Origin: a virus
DNA length: 64,000 bases
Virus record (IMG/VR): IMGVR_UViG_3300032605_000009
Location: 1 to 64,000 of that record
Strand: one strand, 5' to 3'
Both the position numbers and the translations under genes were made by a program. This document shows, piece after piece, positions 46,265-55,698 of the stretch (its first letter is position 1; each line of letters begins with the position of its first letter). The notes beneath the pieces are model-generated. The model was not told the DNA's origin. It ran no database searches and saw only the letters and a list, made by a program, of their open reading frames with translations.

Positions 46265-46519
46265 ATGACCACCTTATTTTTAGTTTCAGGCTTTGTAGCC
46301 TTCTTCATAGCTGTCGTCGAACAGCTTGTTGATCTACGAGCCTTCAAGGCGCTTCTCTGCCTAATTCTATCTGCGGGGGCTGTGGCAATCGTAGGCGGGC
46401 TTACTACGCGCCAAGAAATCCTTTACACAGTTGGCGGTGCCTTCTTTGGTCCCATGCTTGCTTTAGCCACTGACAAGATGTCGACATTTACCCAGGCGGT
46501 AGTGCGAACTCGCGAGTAG
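46265..46519 (+). CDS. small membrane protein, leaderless
   Basis: TAGTAT-6nt-ATG; hydrophobic sequence. Confidence 0.6.
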   Translation: MTTLFLVSGFVAFFIAVVEQLVDLRAFKALLCLILSAGAVAIVGGLTTRQEILYTVGGAFFGPMLALATDKMSTFTQAVVRTRE

Positions 46520-46552
46520 GTGTATCATGGTCAACCTCTGAAAGGGAGAACC

Positions 46553-47155
46553 ATGAACTCATATATCGTAATTGCTGGAAACGGCGAGACAAGCCGTAAC
46601 AATCTAGAAGCTTTGGTTTCTGATTATGTAATCATGCTAAAGCAAAAGAAGAAGACGCCAATGCTGGCCTTCTTAGCTAACGACAAGCCTTCACTGGCCC
46701 AGACTTGGGCTTGGCAGTATGCCAAGGACAAGGGAATTGAGTGCACACTCTTTGCTGTCAAGGAATCGGCCGCTGGCAAACTAAGCCACATCTCATTTAA
46801 CCAGTCCGACAACCCCGCCAAGTTAGCTATTGACGTCTTTGGAACAGAGGAGACTAATGTCTTCTTGCTTTGGGATGCCGATGACCCTGAAACCGTAGAG
46901 ATCGCCTCTGAGTTCGCCTCAGCAGGCGTAGTTTGCTACGACCTGACAAATGGGCTCCTACCTATCGAACCAGTAGGCCCTAAATCGGCCCCAGAATCGC
47001 CTATGAAGCCCTTAGAGGCCGAAATGGTACTCAAGCCTGTCGTCTTGCCTGTCGAGGCCCCTAGCGTAACTACAGAGCCCTCTGACAAGGCACAGGCAAT
47101 CCGTCAGGCAGCCCTAGATTTTGCTGAAGCGATTATCAAAGCGATCAATGCTTAG
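46553..47155 (+). CDS. hypothetical protein
   Basis: SD AGGGAG, ATG 46553. Confidence 0.65.
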   Translation: MNSYIVIAGNGETSRNNLEALVSDYVIMLKQKKKTPMLAFLANDKPSLAQTWAWQYAKDKGIECTLFAVKESAAGKLSHISFNQSDNPAKLAIDVFGTEETNVFLLWDADDPETVEIASEFASAGVVCYDLTNGLLPIEPVGPKSAPESPMKPLEAEMVLKPVVLPVEAPSVTTEPSDKAQAIRQAALDFAEAIIKAINA

Positions 47156-48041
47156 CCTTCGCGCCACTGGGCTATATGCCTATATTTGCCAGAACCCTGA
47201 CGAGTCTCTTTCGGCGATCTCAATCGCCAAGAAGTTTCAAGAGGGCGAGAAGGCTGTTCGCGCTGCCCTTAACGAACTCCGTGAGGCTGGTTTGATCATA
47301 ACCAGGACAATACGGACATCCAAAGGCCAGCTAATCAAGGTGACCGAGCTAGTAGCGGACTCCCAAAACCGAGCGGCGGAAACCGGCGGATACATACAGC
47401 TGAATGAGCTCTATAGCCAGAACAGCCTATTAACCCAAATAGCTAGTTCTTCTAATAGAGATATAAGCTTTGCTAATAGTAAAACGGAGTTTTACGAGGA
47501 AGAGAAGTTTGAGATAGGAGAAGAGATGGGCTACGAGTTCTTCGGCAAGACCTCCTCTGGAGATGATGAAGTGGCCGTAGAGCGTAAGAAGTTCGAAGAC
47601 CAGAAGAAGGCCGAGTACCAAGAGGCCAAGCTAAAGAAGCATGAGGAGACGTTCCGTGCTCGTAAGGATGTGGCTCCAGAACTCTGGACCTCATCAGATA
47701 CGGCCCGCCAGTTCTCATCCATGATCCACGACCGCTGGGATATTCCGCCTTGGAAGGTTTCCGACACGCCGCTATCGGCCGCTATCTATCAGGCACGCCA
47801 GAAGCACGACACCAATGGCGCTATAGAGCTGGTTATGCTTAAGATGTTCTTTGCTCAGGATAACGTCAAGGCTATGAAGGATCCGAACATCATGTGGCGT
47901 CACTTCATCTCTTCATTTGGCTCCTTGTCAGATCGTGCTAAGCTGGAGATGCCAGACCCTGAGAAGAGAGCAAGATCAGAAGAGCGAGCTGCTAAGGTTA
48001 ACGCCTTCCTATTCGAGTTAGATGAGGATTCAGATGTATAA
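47148..48041 (+). CDS. HTH replication initiator-like protein
   Basis: LSLRATGLY..EGEKAVRAALNELREAGLI wHTH; lies upstream of a DnaC-like gene. Confidence 0.7.
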   Translation: MLSLRATGLYAYICQNPDESLSAISIAKKFQEGEKAVRAALNELREAGLIITRTIRTSKGQLIKVTELVADSQNRAAETGGYIQLNELYSQNSLLTQIASSSNRDISFANSKTEFYEEEKFEIGEEMGYEFFGKTSSGDDEVAVERKKFEDQKKAEYQEAKLKKHEETFRARKDVAPELWTSSDTARQFSSMIHDRWDIPPWKVSDTPLSAAIYQARQKHDTNGAIELVMLKMFFAQDNVKAMKDPNIMWRHFISSFGSLSDRAKLEMPDPEKRARSEERAAKVNAFLFELDEDSDV

Positions 48042-48729
48042 GCCAGAGGCACTAAAGGTAAAACGCAAAGCTTGGCTAAAGCTTTCAGGCGTTCCTGCAT
48101 CTTCTACAGGTTGGCGCTTAGAGGATTGCACAGACCTTGATGCCGATGATGCAAAGAAGATCGCTGCATGGGTGGCACATGCTAAGAACGGTCGCATCAT
48201 CCGAGCATTAGGTCAGAAAGGTTGTGGCAGAGGTCTACTGCTACATGGCGACCCAGGGTTCGGTAAGTCAACAGTTGCTTCAGCGATCCTGCAGGAGATG
48301 ATCACGAAGTTCATGCTCGTGTCATTTGACGCAGAAGCTCAAGTGGTCGTTCGCCCTTGCTACTTCTCTAGCTACAACGCTATTGTTGCGCTGAAGGGCA
48401 GCACGATGAACGATGAGGTTTCAGATGCTGACCTTAAGCTGATGTCAGGAATTATGGGCGAGTGTAAGGACGATGCTTACAACGTACGTGTTCTTGTCAT
48501 TGACGACATTGGTAAAGAGCATATGAGCCAAAGCGGTTGGCAACGTAACCTACTACATGACATTCTTCGTACTCGTTACTCAAAAGGTTTACCTACTATC
48601 GTTACAACTAACTTAGAGGTAGATGATTGGGCACAAGTTTACGGAGAGGCTACAGGTAGCTTTATCAACGAAGCTTTTGGCATTATCGCCGTTAAAAGTA
48701 AGGCAGGTGATTTAAGATTAAAGGCATGA
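48034..48729 (+). CDS. DnaC/IstB-like AAA+ helicase loader
   Basis: GDPGFGKST, VLVIDDIG, PTIVTTN. Confidence 0.85.
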   Translation: MYKPEALKVKRKAWLKLSGVPASSTGWRLEDCTDLDADDAKKIAAWVAHAKNGRIIRALGQKGCGRGLLLHGDPGFGKSTVASAILQEMITKFMLVSFDAEAQVVVRPCYFSSYNAIVALKGSTMNDEVSDADLKLMSGIMGECKDDAYNVRVLVIDDIGKEHMSQSGWQRNLLHDILRTRYSKGLPTIVTTNLEVDDWAQVYGEATGSFINEAFGIIAVKSKAGDLRLKA

Positions 48730-49022
48730 CGCAAAAGAAGTTGTTACAGGTATTTCTCAGCAAGACGCAGACTCCAGGACCTGGCGTCTACGAAGTATCT
48801 ATAGATGACTACGACAATCTGTCCTGTACATGCTCTGGATGGACTGCTAAGGCAACCTGTAAGCACACTCGTTTTGTTAACGCACGCATCGAGAGTAACG
48901 GTGGTACTTACCCGCTAGAGATCTCTGATAGAGCCAGCACTGAAGATGCTGATCTGGCTCAACGATCAGACGAAGCTTTTAGAAGTTTTATTATCAGATT
49001 CGGGAAAATAGAGGTTTACTAA
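48726..49022 (+). CDS. SWIM zinc-finger protein
   Basis: CTC..CKH. Confidence 0.75.
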   Translation: MTQKKLLQVFLSKTQTPGPGVYEVSIDDYDNLSCTCSGWTAKATCKHTRFVNARIESNGGTYPLEISDRASTEDADLAQRSDEAFRSFIIRFGKIEVY

Positions 49023-49025
49023 CAA

Positions 49026-49451
49026 ATGCTAAAAGGGGACATCAGTAACGCTTTACCAAGACGCTTCTTGGTTAACATTGATGTGGTACGTTCTTCCAAG
49101 CCGCAGATTAAAAAGCGTCTGGGTATCATTCCAACTGTTCAATACACGCATGAATACAACATGCAGATGCTTAGCCGTTTCTACATCCATACGGTTAAGG
49201 TAGGCGAAACGCTAGAGCTCTTCTCTGTAGAGAACTCTCAAGAAGAGCTTGACGAAATGATGGAGTACCTAGATCGTATTGGGACTAATCCATTTCGCTA
49301 CTTCACTTCTTACTCATCGCTGGCTCACGTAGTCGCAGAGCTTCCTTACCGACCAGAGCTTGTCGGAGTTGTAGATACCTCAGAACGTTTGCTACGTTAC
49401 GGTCATTGGGGCATAACCCCAGAAGAATTTTTTGGAGGAAAGCGTGACTAA
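49026..49451 (+). CDS. hypothetical protein
   Basis: ORF track, within the operon. Confidence 0.65.
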   Translation: MLKGDISNALPRRFLVNIDVVRSSKPQIKKRLGIIPTVQYTHEYNMQMLSRFYIHTVKVGETLELFSVENSQEELDEMMEYLDRIGTNPFRYFTSYSSLAHVVAELPYRPELVGVVDTSERLLRYGHWGITPEEFFGGKRD

Positions 49452-50691
49452 TGAAACTCGTATGCTGCATAAGGCAATCATTGACCGCAACCTCACGCCA
49501 GTATTCTCTCGTGGAGTAACTGACGACTGGTTCCGAGATGAGGGTGATCGACGACTTTTCTTGTTTATGCGTAAGCACTATGCTAACTACAGCGAGGTGC
49601 CTTCGCTCAACGCTATCAAAGATAACTTTCCTAACTTTGAGCTAGATACTGAGGTCTCTGACAGTATTGAGTACCTAGTTGATAACGTCATTACCTCTCG
49701 TCGCAAAGAGGCGACTGAGAAGATCATTGATCGTGCTATCCGCACTATTGAGAAGGATAAAGACCATGAGGCTGCTCTTATTGAGATGCAGGGCGGTATC
49801 GCCGCTCTTGACCAAGAGGGATTTAGCTTCAAGTCAGACTACGACCTTACAGAAGATCCAGAGGCTCGTTTTCAAGAGTACTTGTCTCGTAAAGATCGTC
49901 CCGACTCTTTGCTTGGTTATGCCACAGGCTTTCCAACCATTGACTCAACACTAAGCGGTATCCAACGCGGCCAGCTCATTGTTATCGCTGCTTTGCCTAA
50001 GACAGGTAAGTCAACGCTACTAATGCAAATGGCTCTGAATATGCACAACGACGGCAAGTCAATTATGTTCGTTACCTTTGAGATGACTGCTTTTGAGCAA
50101 GCGCTTCGTTATGATGCTATGCGCTCTAAGCTTTCATACCAGCGCTTGTCTACAGGTACTATGACACCTGATGAAGAGGCGCGATATAGCACCAACCTCA
50201 AAAACCTAAAGAGTTACGATGCTGGGTTCCACCTTGTAGGTTACGACACAGGGCCTTCTCTAACTGTTACAGGTATTGCTAACAAGATTCAAACGCTACA
50301 GCCAGACGTAGTAATCATTGATGGTACTTACCTTATGATCGATGAGAACGGCGAAAAGGTTGGTTCATCACAAGCAATCACCAACATCACACGTGGTACA
50401 AAGAAGCTAGCTATGCGAGCAAACCTACCTGTAATTATGTCTACTCAGTTCCTTGAGAGCAAGACTCGTGGTGGTAAGGCTGACATGTACTCAATCGGTT
50501 ACTCATCTTCTTTTGGTCAAGACGCCGACGTAGTTTTTGGCCTTGAGAAGCAAGATGAGAACGTTGACGAGATGCGCACTCTTAAGATTATGGCCAGCCG
50601 TAACTCTGGTCCTGCTGAGATCGAACTTACATGGGACTGGGATGGTAGTACGTTCCGAGAAGTCGACGAATCAGATTTGAATATTGACTGA
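49444..50691 (+). CDS. dnaB: DnaB-like replicative helicase
   Basis: TGFPTID, ALPKTGKS, TFEM, VIIDG, STQ, GQDAD. Confidence 0.92.
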   Translation: MTNETRMLHKAIIDRNLTPVFSRGVTDDWFRDEGDRRLFLFMRKHYANYSEVPSLNAIKDNFPNFELDTEVSDSIEYLVDNVITSRRKEATEKIIDRAIRTIEKDKDHEAALIEMQGGIAALDQEGFSFKSDYDLTEDPEARFQEYLSRKDRPDSLLGYATGFPTIDSTLSGIQRGQLIVIAALPKTGKSTLLMQMALNMHNDGKSIMFVTFEMTAFEQALRYDAMRSKLSYQRLSTGTMTPDEEARYSTNLKNLKSYDAGFHLVGYDTGPSLTVTGIANKIQTLQPDVVIIDGTYLMIDENGEKVGSSQAITNITRGTKKLAMRANLPVIMSTQFLESKTRGGKADMYSIGYSSSFGQDADVVFGLEKQDENVDEMRTLKIMASRNSGPAEIELTWDWDGSTFREVDESDLNID

Positions 50692-51623
50692 TGACTACGG
50701 GGGAGATGGAAGACTTTCTTGCTCGTCTGGGCATTGAGGTAACTGGCGTACGTGGCGATGAGGTTCAGGCTAAATGCCCTGGGCACCTCTTCAACACGGG
50801 TAAAGAAGACCGCAACCCTTCTTGGTCAATAAATGCTGAGACAGGTGCGCATATCTGCTTCTCCTGTGGGTTTAAGGGCGGTGTTAACTACCTAGTTAGC
50901 TTTATGGGTGGCTCAGAAGACACAGAGAAGTGGCTAGAAGAAAACACCAAGCATCTGAGCATGGCGTTTGACGCGATGAAGCGCTCGCTTAACCCAGAAA
51001 AAGAAAAGATCGAGTATCTAGATGAGTCGATGCTTGCTATCTACACAGAGCCTCCAGCTGACGCACTGAAGTCTCGAGGCCTAAGCCCTATGGCTGCTCA
51101 CCTCTACAACTTGCTGTGGGATCCTCGTACAGAGTGCTGGATTATTCCTATACGCGACCCTAAGAACAATAAGCTCCTAGGTTGGCAGGAGAAGGGGCAT
51201 ACAAGCCGTTACTTTAAGAACCAACCTGCTGGTATTAAGAAGAGCCGAGCACTTTATGGGTACAACGAGTACTCAAGCGGAGACATGATCCTTGTAGAGT
51301 CGCCATTAGACGTAGTACGCCTTGCCTCTGTAGGAATACTTGGGGGCGTTGCTGCGTATGGAGCCCTAGTGTCTAAGGATCAACTAGAGCTACTTAAAAG
51401 CGCTGAACGCTTAGTCATAGCTTTAGACAACGACGACGCAGGTAGAAAGTCGACCGAACAGTTGTTTGATTGGGCAAAGTCTATTAGTCTAGGCATCTGG
51501 TTCTTCAACTACAGCGGCATCGACGTTAAGGACGTCGGCGGTATGAGCAAAGCTGAGATCGAATCAGGCCTAGCTAGTGCTAGACATAGTTTGAGAGGAC
51601 GCTCCGCTGTCTACAGAAGATAA
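50691..51623 (+). CDS. DNA primase (Zn finger + TOPRIM)
   Basis: CPGH..CFSCG; VESPLD; ALDNDDAG; KDVG. Confidence 0.9.
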   Translation: MTTGEMEDFLARLGIEVTGVRGDEVQAKCPGHLFNTGKEDRNPSWSINAETGAHICFSCGFKGGVNYLVSFMGGSEDTEKWLEENTKHLSMAFDAMKRSLNPEKEKIEYLDESMLAIYTEPPADALKSRGLSPMAAHLYNLLWDPRTECWIIPIRDPKNNKLLGWQEKGHTSRYFKNQPAGIKKSRALYGYNEYSSGDMILVESPLDVVRLASVGILGGVAAYGALVSKDQLELLKSAERLVIALDNDDAGRKSTEQLFDWAKSISLGIWFFNYSGIDVKDVGGMSKAEIESGLASARHSLRGRSAVYRR

Positions 51624-51651
51624 GATACGACGCCTTTCAATAGTGCTTCGT

Positions 51652-51756
51652 ATGATGAGCGGTCAATGTGCCCACACAAGTAACTTCAGATTAAGAGCCG
51701 ATTGCATAACTTGTATGGCTGAGGAAATATTAGAGGAGGTAGAAACATGGCAATGA
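51652..51756 (+). CDS. small Cys-containing hypothetical, 34 aa
   Basis: Read by hand: MMSGQCAH..DCITCM..; ATGA overlap with the kinase start at 51753. Confidence 0.45.
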   Translation: MMSGQCAHTSNFRLRADCITCMAEEILEEVETWQ

Positions 51757-52286
51757 TCATCGGACTAACAGGGTACGCCCAATCTGGCAAGGACTCAGTT
51801 GCTTCAGTGTTAATAGAGAAATACGGCTTTGAGCGGGTGGCTTTTGCTGACCCGATTAAATCATTTCTAATGGAGCTTAACCCAGTACTAGAGACAGGCT
51901 ATCGTCTTCGTGAAACTGTTAGTGATTATGGCTGGGAGCTAGCCAAGGCAAAGACAGAGGTTCGCCGTCTACTTCAAGCTACAGGTATGGCAGCTCGCAC
52001 AGCGCTTGGTCAGGATATCTGGGTACTATGCGCTCTTCGTGCTATCTCTGACAATAACCAGTCTTACGTTATTACAGACGTCCGCTTTGACAACGAGGCG
52101 AGAATGATCAAGAACCTAAATGGTCAACTATGGCGTGTAGAGCGCCCAGGGGTTGGCCCAGTAAACGATCACGTCTCTGAGACCACAATCCAGGAGTTTG
52201 AGGTTTCACAGACCTTCCTGAACTCTGGTACCTTAGAGGACCTAGAGGCACAGGTAACTACGCGTATGAAGGGCTTACTGGTTTGA
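51753..52286 (+). CDS. deoxynucleoside monophosphate kinase
   Basis: IIGLTGYAQSGKD, FADPIK, RRLLQ, ITDVRFDNE, HVSE. Confidence 0.9.
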   Translation: MIIGLTGYAQSGKDSVASVLIEKYGFERVAFADPIKSFLMELNPVLETGYRLRETVSDYGWELAKAKTEVRRLLQATGMAARTALGQDIWVLCALRAISDNNQSYVITDVRFDNEARMIKNLNGQLWRVERPGVGPVNDHVSETTIQEFEVSQTFLNSGTLEDLEAQVTTRMKGLLV

Positions 52287-53872
52287 CCTTTACAGGTACT
52301 TTACTTCCTTATCAGCCAGAGGCTGTGGATCGTATGTGCGAGCGTAAGAAGATGCTCGTGGCGTACGACCTTGGTTTGGGCAAAACCGTTCTAACTATTG
52401 CTGCTTTAGAACGTTTGATGGATGAAGGAAAAATTACCGAGCCAGGCATTATCATTTGTTTATCCTCACTTAAATACCAGTGGGCTAATCAGATTGAGAA
52501 ATTTACCAGTGGGACTTCACGCGCTTTGGTCATTGACGGCACACCAACGAAGAGAAGGGCACAGTACGAAGAAGCTTACGACTGGGGCCACACCCTCGTT
52601 GATTACGTCATTCTTAACTATGAGCAAGTTGTTAACGACTGGGACTACGTTGCCAAGCTCCCACGAGGATTCGTCGTCCTCGATGAAGCCACAGCAATCA
52701 AGTCCTTTAAGTCAAAGCGATCTAAAACAGTAAAGCGTCTAGGTAACGCTGAGTACAAGTTTGCGCTTACTGGAACTCCTATTGAGAACGGTAAGCCAGA
52801 AGAGCTTTACAGCATCATGCAGTTTGTAGACAACAACGTCTTAGGCCGCTTCGATATCTTTGATCAAGCTTTCATCGTCCGCAATAACTGGGGCGGGGTT
52901 GACCGATACCGCAACCTTCCAGTACTCCATGAGAAGCTAAAGACAGCGGCTGTTAGAAAATCACAGAGCGACGCAGATGTCGCCCCATTCCTTCCAGAGT
53001 CAATCCATAAGGAACCTCTAGAGGTCTTCTTTGATCGCAAGGCCTCTAAACTTTACGGACGTATTACAGATGACCTGTTAGCAGACCTAGAAGAGGCTCA
53101 GACGCTCTTTGGTAGCTCCTTCAATGTCTTGGCCCACTACGGACATGAAAGCCAGTACGGCGGTCCTGCAGACGAATTACGCGGTCGTTTGATGTCTAAG
53201 ATCGGGGCGCTAAAGATGCTTTGCTCCCATCCTGACCTAGTTAAGGACAGCGGTCTTAAGTTTCATAAGATGGAGGGCGATGGGTCAGCCTACGCTGCTG
53301 AACTACTAGATGAGGGGCACTTAGAAGGCATTACGCACTCCCCAAAGCTTGAGACCTTGAAGGAGTATGTAAACGCTCACCTAGACCTTAATCCAGCTAA
53401 CAAGGTTGTGATCTTTGCCTCATACGTAGGTATGCTTGATATTATTGCTGAGGCCTTAGGGCCAGACCAATGCCGACTATACTCAGGGAAACTAGATGCT
53501 AAGACTAAGGAAGACAACAAGATCTCGTTCAACACGCAAGCGGAAGTTCGCGTTCTCATTTCTTCTGATGCTGGTGGGTATGGTGTTGATCTGCCTGCTG
53601 CTAATCTACTGGTCAATTATGATCTACCCTGGTCATCAGGAGGAGCAATTCAACGTAATGGACGAATAAAGCGGGCCTCATCGACTTGGCCTACTATCGT
53701 CATTCAAGATATGATTATGAAGAACTCAATAGAAGAGCGTCAACATCAGGCCCTAATGCAGAAGACCTCTATTGCTAATGCAGTAGTTGACGGCATAGGA
53801 ATCGATGATGAAGGCGGCGTACCTATCACTTTGACCAGTTTGCGCCAGTTTCTGCAATCAGCCAGCGTATAG
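52283..53872 (+). CDS. SNF2-family helicase
   Basis: LGLGKT, LDEAT, LTGTP, GVDL, QRNGRIKR. Confidence 0.9.
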   Translation: MTFTGTLLPYQPEAVDRMCERKKMLVAYDLGLGKTVLTIAALERLMDEGKITEPGIIICLSSLKYQWANQIEKFTSGTSRALVIDGTPTKRRAQYEEAYDWGHTLVDYVILNYEQVVNDWDYVAKLPRGFVVLDEATAIKSFKSKRSKTVKRLGNAEYKFALTGTPIENGKPEELYSIMQFVDNNVLGRFDIFDQAFIVRNNWGGVDRYRNLPVLHEKLKTAAVRKSQSDADVAPFLPESIHKEPLEVFFDRKASKLYGRITDDLLADLEEAQTLFGSSFNVLAHYGHESQYGGPADELRGRLMSKIGALKMLCSHPDLVKDSGLKFHKMEGDGSAYAAELLDEGHLEGITHSPKLETLKEYVNAHLDLNPANKVVIFASYVGMLDIIAEALGPDQCRLYSGKLDAKTKEDNKISFNTQAEVRVLISSDAGGYGVDLPAANLLVNYDLPWSSGGAIQRNGRIKRASSTWPTIVIQDMIMKNSIEERQHQALMQKTSIANAVVDGIGIDDEGGVPITLTSLRQFLQSASV

Positions 53873-53890
53873 AAAGGGTATAATTATAAA

Positions 53891-54046
53891 ATGCCTAATG
53901 CACCTAAGACCCCAACACGTACCATCCGCGTCTCTGACGAGATCTGGAAGCCTGTACAGGCTAAGGCCCTAAAAGAGGGGGTCACTGTTACGAGCGTCAT
54001 TATCAAGGCTCTTGAGGCTTACTTAGCGGAAGTTGACAATGCCTAG
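53891..54046 (+). CDS. ribbon-helix-helix DNA-binding protein, leaderless, 51 aa
   Basis: TATAAT-6nt-ATG; TPTRTIRVSDEIW..A..EGVTVTSVIIKALEAY. Confidence 0.8.
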   Translation: MPNAPKTPTRTIRVSDEIWKPVQAKALKEGVTVTSVIIKALEAYLAEVDNA

Positions 54047-54085
54047 TCAAGTGGTAATGTAATCCATATAACCGAGGGGGTTACT

Positions 54086-54493
54086 ATGGATCTAACTCAG
54101 ATCAAAGACTTAGTTCGTCAAGCTGCATCTCTTAAAGATCAATCAGATCTTCTTAATAAGCGCCACTCTGAAATCAAAGGCCGTCTTACAGAAGCTATTG
54201 ATGAGCTAGGTGAGACAGATGGCCGTGGCCACATAACACTAGAAGTCGATGACACTGTTAGTGGCATCAAATCTATTTCTAAGCAACGCCGCGTAAGCCA
54301 ATCAATCGACATCGAAGTTGCCGAAGCGCTTCTTGCTGCTAAAGGCCTAACAGAAGATTGCGTTAAGCAAGTCCCTGTTCTAGATGAAGATGCGATTATG
54401 TCTGCTTACTACCAGAACAAGTTGTCAGAAGAAGATATTGACAAGATGTTCCCAAAGAAGATTTCCTACGCATTTATTATGAATAAGGGATGA
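54086..54493 (+). CDS. hypothetical protein
   Basis: SD GAGGGG; TTGACA upstream at 54033. Confidence 0.7.
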   Translation: MDLTQIKDLVRQAASLKDQSDLLNKRHSEIKGRLTEAIDELGETDGRGHITLEVDDTVSGIKSISKQRRVSQSIDIEVAEALLAAKGLTEDCVKQVPVLDEDAIMSAYYQNKLSEEDIDKMFPKKISYAFIMNKG

Positions 54494-54948
54494 GTATGGA
54501 CGACGATCTAATTGACGCTACGTTTGCTGACTTGGATGTTTACTATCCAGGCAGTAAGCGCAAACGCCGTGAGGTCGTAAAGCCTGAACCAAAAGGTGAA
54601 GGTGCGTGGGACTCGAAGCCCTACATCAAAACACTTCCCAGTGGTAAAGACATTGAGATGTTTGCTGTAGGATCATTGGCAACAGCCTTAGGGCGCCCGC
54701 TTATAACCATACGTGCGTGGTTCAAGTGGGGTTACTTACCAGAGTCGCCTTATCGTCTTCCTACCAAGAAAGACAAGACTGGTGTAGAGCGTAAAGGTAG
54801 ACGCCTTTACACAAGACCTATGATAGAGTCTGCAATTGAAATCTTTACGAAGAATGGACTTATGTTCAAACCTCGTATAGACTGGTCGCAACATCCTACG
54901 ATCGCTAAGGAGATCGCAGATGCTTGGGACAAACTTCTAGAAAACTAA
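54490..54948 (+). CDS. MerR-like HTH DNA-binding protein
   Basis: LATALGR..TIRAW..GYLP..RRLYT. Confidence 0.65.
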   Translation: MSMDDDLIDATFADLDVYYPGSKRKRREVVKPEPKGEGAWDSKPYIKTLPSGKDIEMFAVGSLATALGRPLITIRAWFKWGYLPESPYRLPTKKDKTGVERKGRRLYTRPMIESAIEIFTKNGLMFKPRIDWSQHPTIAKEIADAWDKLLEN

Positions 54949-54970
54949 ACCATAAGAAAAGGACTGCCAA

Positions 54971-55627
54971 ATGGCCACAGATACAGATAACTACCTAGTG
55001 GATCTAGACGATTCATTGGATGCTCGTCCAGAGCAAATCACATCAGCAGCTAGTAGCGTTGCTTCTGGCTGGGATGCAGCTACAACAAATGCCGCTCCAG
55101 CTGATGGTTACCCAGTAGACTTTAAGCAATCTGAGGATCCTCAGATCATTAAGTTTATTGATCCAGACGGCCCGTTCGCTGTCTACAAGCTTCACTTCCT
55201 ACAGAACAAGGCTGGTAAGAAGTCTTACATCTGTATCGGAGAGAAATGCCCACTCTGCACAGTGCTACGTCACCGCCCAGAGGATAAGAAGGCATTCACT
55301 ATCATTAACTTCAGCGCACCTGAAGGTGCACAGCGTCAGCAACTTGTAGCGACTCCACGTCTTTACAAGACTATCCACGCTGCTCACTTCTCACCTCAAG
55401 GACCATTGACCAAGAACTACTGGGCAATGAGCCGCACAGGTAAGATGCAAACAACTGTTTACCACATGAATTCAGTCAAGGCTCGTGATCTCAATGAAGA
55501 TTGGGGTCTAAACGAAGCTGAGGTTGAAGCCGCAGTTGGTACGTTCAAGCCATACGATCGCTCTGTAATCAAAGAGAACTCTTACCAAGAGCTTCTTGAG
55601 ATCGCTCAGGATCTACTTAACGACTAA
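54971..55627 (+). CDS. single-stranded DNA-binding protein (gp32-like, putative)
   Basis: IKFID..YKLH..SYIC..CPLC; directly before the polymerase gene. Confidence 0.6.
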   Translation: MATDTDNYLVDLDDSLDARPEQITSAASSVASGWDAATTNAAPADGYPVDFKQSEDPQIIKFIDPDGPFAVYKLHFLQNKAGKKSYICIGEKCPLCTVLRHRPEDKKAFTIINFSAPEGAQRQQLVATPRLYKTIHAAHFSPQGPLTKNYWAMSRTGKMQTTVYHMNSVKARDLNEDWGLNEAEVEAAVGTFKPYDRSVIKENSYQELLEIAQDLLND

Positions 55628-55641
55628 CGCACACTAGACGT

Positions 55642-55693
55642 CCAGAGGCATAGGTTTCCCCCTTTCTCTATGCCTCTGGGCCTTTTTAAGGGG
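55642..55693 (+). promoter_or_regulatory. terminator-like hairpin with an SD-complementary loop
   Basis: 12-bp perfect stem; loop contains CCCCTT; downstream SD AAGGGG. Confidence 0.6.
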
Positions 55694-55698
55694 TAAAT

